Shown here piece after piece: positions 28,103 through 32,000 of a DNA stretch of 32,000 nucleotides. Within the stretch, counting starts at the first letter, position 1. Each line of letters begins with the position of its first letter. The position numbers and the translations under genes were made by a program. Origin of the DNA: Aliivibrio fischeri ES114 (GTDB taxonomy: Bacteria > Pseudomonadota > Gammaproteobacteria > Enterobacterales > Vibrionaceae). Location of the stretch: the NCBI RefSeq assembly GCF_000011805.1, contig NC_006840.2; one strand, written 5' to 3'. The notes under the pieces are model-generated. The model worked only from the letters and a program-made list of their open reading frames with translations. It did not search any database and was not told the DNA's origin.

Positions 28103-29260
28103 ATGCGTAAGGTGTTAAAAAAAGCGGCGTTATGTACCTTTGGTTTCTCGATGCTTTTTGGCTGTGCGAGTGAAGAAGATACAATCGTAATGGCACCGGT
28201 TCCTGTTGTTCAGAATCAATTTGAACCAACAACGGAATGGACAAGTTCAATTGGTGATGGTGTTGGACATTATTTTTCGCGTCTAACACCAGTATATGCT
28301 TATCAAAAAATATACGTTGCTAGTCGAGATGGTCTTGTTAAAGCTCTGGATCCTGAAAATGGCAAGACCATTTGGGAAAGAGATTTAGAGCAAGATGATA
28401 CCGCTCGATTATCTGGTGGTTTAACACTGACTTACGGCAAAGTCTTTATCGGTTCTGAAAATGGTGAACTTATCACTCTTGATGCAGAAACCGGTGAAGA
28501 GTTATGGCGTGAGAAGGTGGATGGTGAAGTACTAGCTAAACCACTGGCTGATGAAGGTTACGTCATGGTTCATACTAGCCGCGGAGCATTAATAGCTTTT
28601 GATGCTGAAACGGGTGTAGAGCAATGGCAAATCAATAGTGAAGTACCGAACTTAACACTTCGTGGTGATAGCGCTCCTGTGAGCATTTCAGGCGGTGTGT
28701 TTTGGGGAATGTCTAATGGTCGCTTAGCGGCAGCGTTGATTTCAAAAGGTCAACTATTATGGCAACAACCAGTTGGTACACCAAAAGGTGCGACAGAAAT
28801 TGATCGTTTGGTTGATGTTGATGCATCACCGCTGATCCTTGGTAGTCGACTATATACTGTTGGGTACAATGGACAGTTAATTGCGCTAGATTTACGTACA
28901 GGTCAGCCTGTATGGAAACGCAATTATTCATCAGCTATGAATATGTCATCTGATGGTAAGCGACTTTTCTTAGTAACAGAAAAAGATCATGTTGTTGCTG
29001 TTGATGCTCGAAGCGGTACTGAACTTTGGAGCAACGAAGAACTAGAATATCGTCAATTAACATCACCAATGATCATTGATAGCTATATTGTTTTAGCGGA
29101 TAGCGAAGGTTATTTACATTGGTTAGATAGAGATACTGGACTGTTTATGTCTCAACAAGAGATAGACAGTGATGGTATTGCTGTTTCTCCTATTTTAGTT
29201 GAAGACAGCTTCCTCGTTGTTACTCGCGAAGGCGATATCAAAAAAATGCGAATTAAATAA
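28103..29260 (+). CDS. bamB: Outer membrane protein assembly factor BamB
   Basis: The lipobox is MLFGCAS. PQQ-like beta-propeller repeats recur (G.l.ald..tG...W). Confidence 0.92.
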   Translation: MRKVLKKAALCTFGFSMLFGCASEEDTIVMAPVPVVQNQFEPTTEWTSSIGDGVGHYFSRLTPVYAYQKIYVASRDGLVKALDPENGKTIWERDLEQDDTARLSGGLTLTYGKVFIGSENGELITLDAETGEELWREKVDGEVLAKPLADEGYVMVHTSRGALIAFDAETGVEQWQINSEVPNLTLRGDSAPVSISGGVFWGMSNGRLAAALISKGQLLWQQPVGTPKGATEIDRLVDVDASPLILGSRLYTVGYNGQLIALDLRTGQPVWKRNYSSAMNMSSDGKRLFLVTEKDHVVAVDARSGTELWSNEELEYRQLTSPMIIDSYIVLADSEGYLHWLDRDTGLFMSQQEIDSDGIAVSPILVEDSFLVVTREGDIKKMRIK

Positions 29261-29285
29261 TATTTATTTGCTATAATTGTGAATT

Positions 29286-29317
29286 GGCTCCAAGTCCTTT
29301 TGGTTTTGGGGCCTTTT
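29286..29317 (+). terminator. Terminator after bamB
   Basis: ggctccaa (29286-93) pairs with ttggggcc (29306-13) with one G-U pair. The run tttt follows. Confidence 0.7.
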
Positions 29318-29343
29318 ATTGTTTTTAGATAGTGAAAGATAAT

Positions 29344-29399
29344 CCAATTTGGTGATGGCTTTATGTGTAATCAATCAGTCAAAACCATCATCAAATTGG
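29344..29399. repeat. 15-bp inverted repeat in the der 5' leader or promoter region
   Basis: ccaatttggtgatgg (29344-58) and ccatcatcaaattgg (29385-99) are complementary at 14 of 15 positions. The exception would be a G-U pair in RNA. A 26-nt spacer separates them. The repeat ends 42 nt before the der ATG. Confidence 0.8.
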
Positions 29400-29441
29400 T
29401 ATTAGCTCGCGCTATGCCTATGATTAAATAAAGAGGTATAT

Positions 29442-30944
29442 ATGATTCCTGTTGTTGCTCTGGTAGGGCGTCCAAATGTTGGTAAATCGACGCTATTTAA
29501 CCGTCTTACACGCACAAGGGATGCATTAGTTGCTGACTTTCCTGGTTTAACTCGTGACCGTAAATACGGACGAGCTAAGTTAGAAGAGCAAGAATTCATT
29601 CTGATTGATACCGGCGGTATCGATGGAACAGAACAAGGCGTTGAAACTAAAATGGCAGAACAGTCATTAGCTGCAATTGAAGAAGCTGATGTTGTGCTAT
29701 TTATGGTTGATGGTCGTGCTGGTTTAACATCTGCAGATGAAGCCATCGCAAAACACTTACGTTCACGTGAAAAGCCAACGTTCTTAGTGGTTAACAAGAT
29801 CGATGGTATTGATGCAGATGCTGCAAGTGCAGAGTTCTGGCAATTAGGTATGAACAAAGTATACCAAATTGCAGCTTCACACGGTCGTGGTGTAACGTCT
29901 TTACTTGAACTTGCTCTAGCTCCTTTTATGGAAGAGCTTGTTGAAGAGTCTTTGAAAGATGAAAACGGTGAAATCACTGATTTAACTGAATTTGAAGATT
30001 TTGAAGACGAAGAGAAAGATCTAACTGAAGAAGATGCAGAGAAAGATTTTGCTCGCCTTCAGGATCAACCGATTAAACTTGCTATCATTGGCCGTCCAAA
30101 CGTAGGTAAATCGACACTGACTAACCGTATTCTTGGTGAAGAACGTGTGGTGGTTTACGATATGCCTGGTACAACTCGTGACTCTATTTACATTCCTATG
30201 GAACGTGAAGGTCAAGAATACGTATTAATTGATACTGCGGGTGTTCGTCGTCGTGGCCGTATTAACGAAACCGTAGAAAAATTCTCTGTAATCAAAACAT
30301 TAAAAGCCGTTGAAGATGCAAACGTTGTTCTACTGGTGATTGATGCTCGTGAAAACATCTCAGATCAAGATTTAAGTCTACTTGGCTTTGCACTGAATGC
30401 GGGTCGTTCATTAGTAATTGCTGTGAACAAGTGGGATGGTTTAGATAACGATGTGAAAGAAAAAGTAAAATCTGAACTTGATCGCCGTTTAGGTTTTGTT
30501 GATTTTGCTCGTATTCACTTTATTTCTGCACTACACGGTACAGGTGTTGGTCACTTGTATGAATCGGTTCAAGAAGCATACGTTTCTGCGACTAAGCGTG
30601 TTGGTACTTCTGTTTTAACTCGTATCATGAAAATGGCACAAGATGATCACCAACCACCATTGGTTCGTGGCCGTCGTGTGAAGCTAAAATACGCTCACGC
30701 AGGTGGTTACAATCCACCGCTTATCGTTATTCACGGTAACCAAGTGAAAGAATTACCATCTTCATACAAACGTTTCTTAATGAACTACTACCGTAAGTCT
30801 TTAGAAATTATGGGCACTCCAATTCGTATTCAATTCCAGAATAGCGAAAACCCATTTGAAGATCGTGGTGGCAAACTAACTATGTCGCAAGAGCGTCAAC
30901 GCAAGCGTCTGTTAGGTGCAGTGAAAAACCGCAACAAGAAGTAA
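29442..30944 (+). CDS. der: Ribosome biogenesis GTPase Der (EngA)
   Basis: Two G domains are present (GRPNVGKST at both the N-terminus and mid-protein; DTGG and DTAG; NKID and NKWD). They are joined by an acidic linker and followed by a C-terminal KH-like domain. Confidence 0.95.
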   Translation: MIPVVALVGRPNVGKSTLFNRLTRTRDALVADFPGLTRDRKYGRAKLEEQEFILIDTGGIDGTEQGVETKMAEQSLAAIEEADVVLFMVDGRAGLTSADEAIAKHLRSREKPTFLVVNKIDGIDADAASAEFWQLGMNKVYQIAASHGRGVTSLLELALAPFMEELVEESLKDENGEITDLTEFEDFEDEEKDLTEEDAEKDFARLQDQPIKLAIIGRPNVGKSTLTNRILGEERVVVYDMPGTTRDSIYIPMEREGQEYVLIDTAGVRRRGRINETVEKFSVIKTLKAVEDANVVLLVIDARENISDQDLSLLGFALNAGRSLVIAVNKWDGLDNDVKEKVKSELDRRLGFVDFARIHFISALHGTGVGHLYESVQEAYVSATKRVGTSVLTRIMKMAQDDHQPPLVRGRRVKLKYAHAGGYNPPLIVIHGNQVKELPSSYKRFLMNYYRKSLEIMGTPIRIQFQNSENPFEDRGGKLTMSQERQRKRLLGAVKNRNKK

Positions 30945-30980
30945 TCCAGAGTTACGTTCTTAAATGTATATTAAATAATA

Positions 30981-31012
30981 AAACGCCCATCTAGTTGTTG
31001 GGCGTTTTTTTT
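30981..31012 (+). terminator. Terminator after der
   Basis: aaacgccca (30981-89) pairs with tgggcgttt (30999-31007). It runs into tttttttt. Confidence 0.85.
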
Positions 31013-31023
31013 AGGTAAAAATC

Positions 31024-31899
31024 ATGACTCAATTAGCAGCAACTGAAATTTTATTTTGTCATAACACATGGCAATCAGACTCCACTGTGCAACTTATCAA
31101 AGAAACAGAGCAAGGAAAGTGGATTATTACTAAAGCGACGCCATTTCATCCTGTTAGCCATATTTGGCCAGATCACCCAGAAGATAAAGGTGTAATACTG
31201 ATTAATAACGAAGAATACTCAGTACTTGCTTGTCAAACTGGAGCTATAGAACTTGCTACAGGTGAGCTTTATATTGGAAAAGATATTCCAATTAAACGTG
31301 GCGAAGAGGGATGGGTCTTTGTTGTTTCGCATTTAATCTCTAAAGATGCGGATATAGCAGTAGAAAATACTGTTACTTTGCGTGTTGATGAGGAGTATCA
31401 AAAAGCATTAAGTCGTGGTCATAGTGCAGGGCATATTGCTTATTTAGCACTAAATAAAGTGCTTCATGCTAACTACTGGCGTAAAGATGCTGATAGAAAA
31501 GACGAATTAGGCCACTATAATTTTAATAGCTATGCGCAAGAAACTAGCTTTGTATCTGAAGATCATTGTGAAGATGTATATCGTTTAGGTAAAACATTAC
31601 GTAAGCGTGGTCTTAATAGCGCAGAGATGATGGCGGATCTTAAGACAATAGAAGAAGCAGTCAATCATCAAATTATTGAGTGGCTTGCCCTAGAAAGTCA
31701 AGTAACTATGCAATGTGATGGTAAAGCGTTAACCGATTCACGTTACTGGATAGTAGATTTTGGTATAGATGGAATAGCAAAACTTCCTTGTGGTGGTACG
31801 CATGTTAGTTCATTTAAAGAATACGCAACAATTATTGTCAAATTGGAAGAGAAAAGTGAGCAAGAGCTCCTTATGCTAACAACATCGATTAAAAAATAA
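31024..31899 (+). CDS. AlaX-like tRNA editing domain protein (alanyl/threonyl-tRNA synthetase SAD-type metal hydrolase)
   Basis: 291 aa. The HxxxH motif (RGHSAGHIAY) and the downstream CGGTHV motif (LPCGGTHVSS) are the zinc-binding signature of AlaRS editing/AlaX proteins. The rest of the sequence is divergent. Confidence 0.6.
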   Translation: MTQLAATEILFCHNTWQSDSTVQLIKETEQGKWIITKATPFHPVSHIWPDHPEDKGVILINNEEYSVLACQTGAIELATGELYIGKDIPIKRGEEGWVFVVSHLISKDADIAVENTVTLRVDEEYQKALSRGHSAGHIAYLALNKVLHANYWRKDADRKDELGHYNFNSYAQETSFVSEDHCEDVYRLGKTLRKRGLNSAEMMADLKTIEEAVNHQIIEWLALESQVTMQCDGKALTDSRYWIVDFGIDGIAKLPCGGTHVSSFKEYATIIVKLEEKSEQELLMLTTSIKK

Positions 31900-32000
31900 T
31901 CTAAAAAATGGAAATTACATTCCATGTATATTTCATTCTGCATTTTGTGTAATTAGAGTATTTTTCACTGAAAATCATAAGCCAAAGAATGATTGATGTG

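Noticed and set aside
29402-29977. 191-aa ORF antisense to der
   Set aside because: It is fully antisense to a highly conserved GTPase gene. The translation is Ser/Ala/Pro-rich, as is typical of antisense reading of coding DNA. It has no independent start context.
29940-30060. Highly acidic low-complexity stretch in Der ([36 protein letters not shown])
   Set aside because: An acidic linker between the two G domains is a normal feature of gammaproteobacterial Der, as I recall for E. coli. It is not an insertion of foreign sequence.
31900-32000. Weak hairpin atggaa/ttccat (31908-31925) after the AlaX-like gene, considered as a terminator
   Set aside because: The stem is only 6 bp and AT-rich, and no clear T-run follows. 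The window ends shortly afterwards, so it is not supportable as a feature.
1-32000. Search for tRNA, rRNA, CRISPR, integron attC or other structured repeats across the window
   Set aside because: None was recognised by eye. Every gap longer than about 150 bp is accounted for by the CsrB-like RNA, promoters, terminators or the small repeats listed above. A tRNAscan or Infernal run would be needed to exclude small RNAs formally.

Overview
This window looks like a core chromosomal segment from an AT-rich Vibrionaceae genome. Gene content and the cel cluster point to an Aliivibrio fischeri-like organism, but that assignment is inference only. Most of the window (about 9.6-31 kb) keeps the gene order I remember from E. 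coli. That order is DUF3301/DUF3549, yqcC-truC, suhB, trmJ, iscRSUA-hscBA-fdx-iscX, pepB, ndk, rlmN, pilW, rodZ, ispG, hisS, yfgM, bamB and der, followed by an AlaX-like editing protein. The left third is less ordinary. It holds a truncated Zn-ribbon gene and a translationally coupled small DNA-binding gene plus yaiI. It also has an ORF-free region of about 1 kb that I read as a CsrB-family CsrA-sponge sRNA, with a GacA/UvrY-type upstream box. A cellobiose PTS/6-phospho-beta-glucosidase/ROK kinase/LacI cluster plus a LamB-type porin, about 7.3 kb in total, sits next to it and looks like an accessory insertion. Other points worth a second look are a frameshifted pilW, a 15-bp inverted repeat in the der leader, a heptanucleotide tandem repeat upstream of rlmN, and internal hairpins in the isc operon. 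I found no tRNA, rRNA, CRISPR array, transposase or integrase. I also found no convincing new multi-gene system such as a defence island. The most system-like candidate is the KfrA_N-like/YaiI pair, and it is speculative. Several ORF-track starts were moved to homology-consistent start codons.
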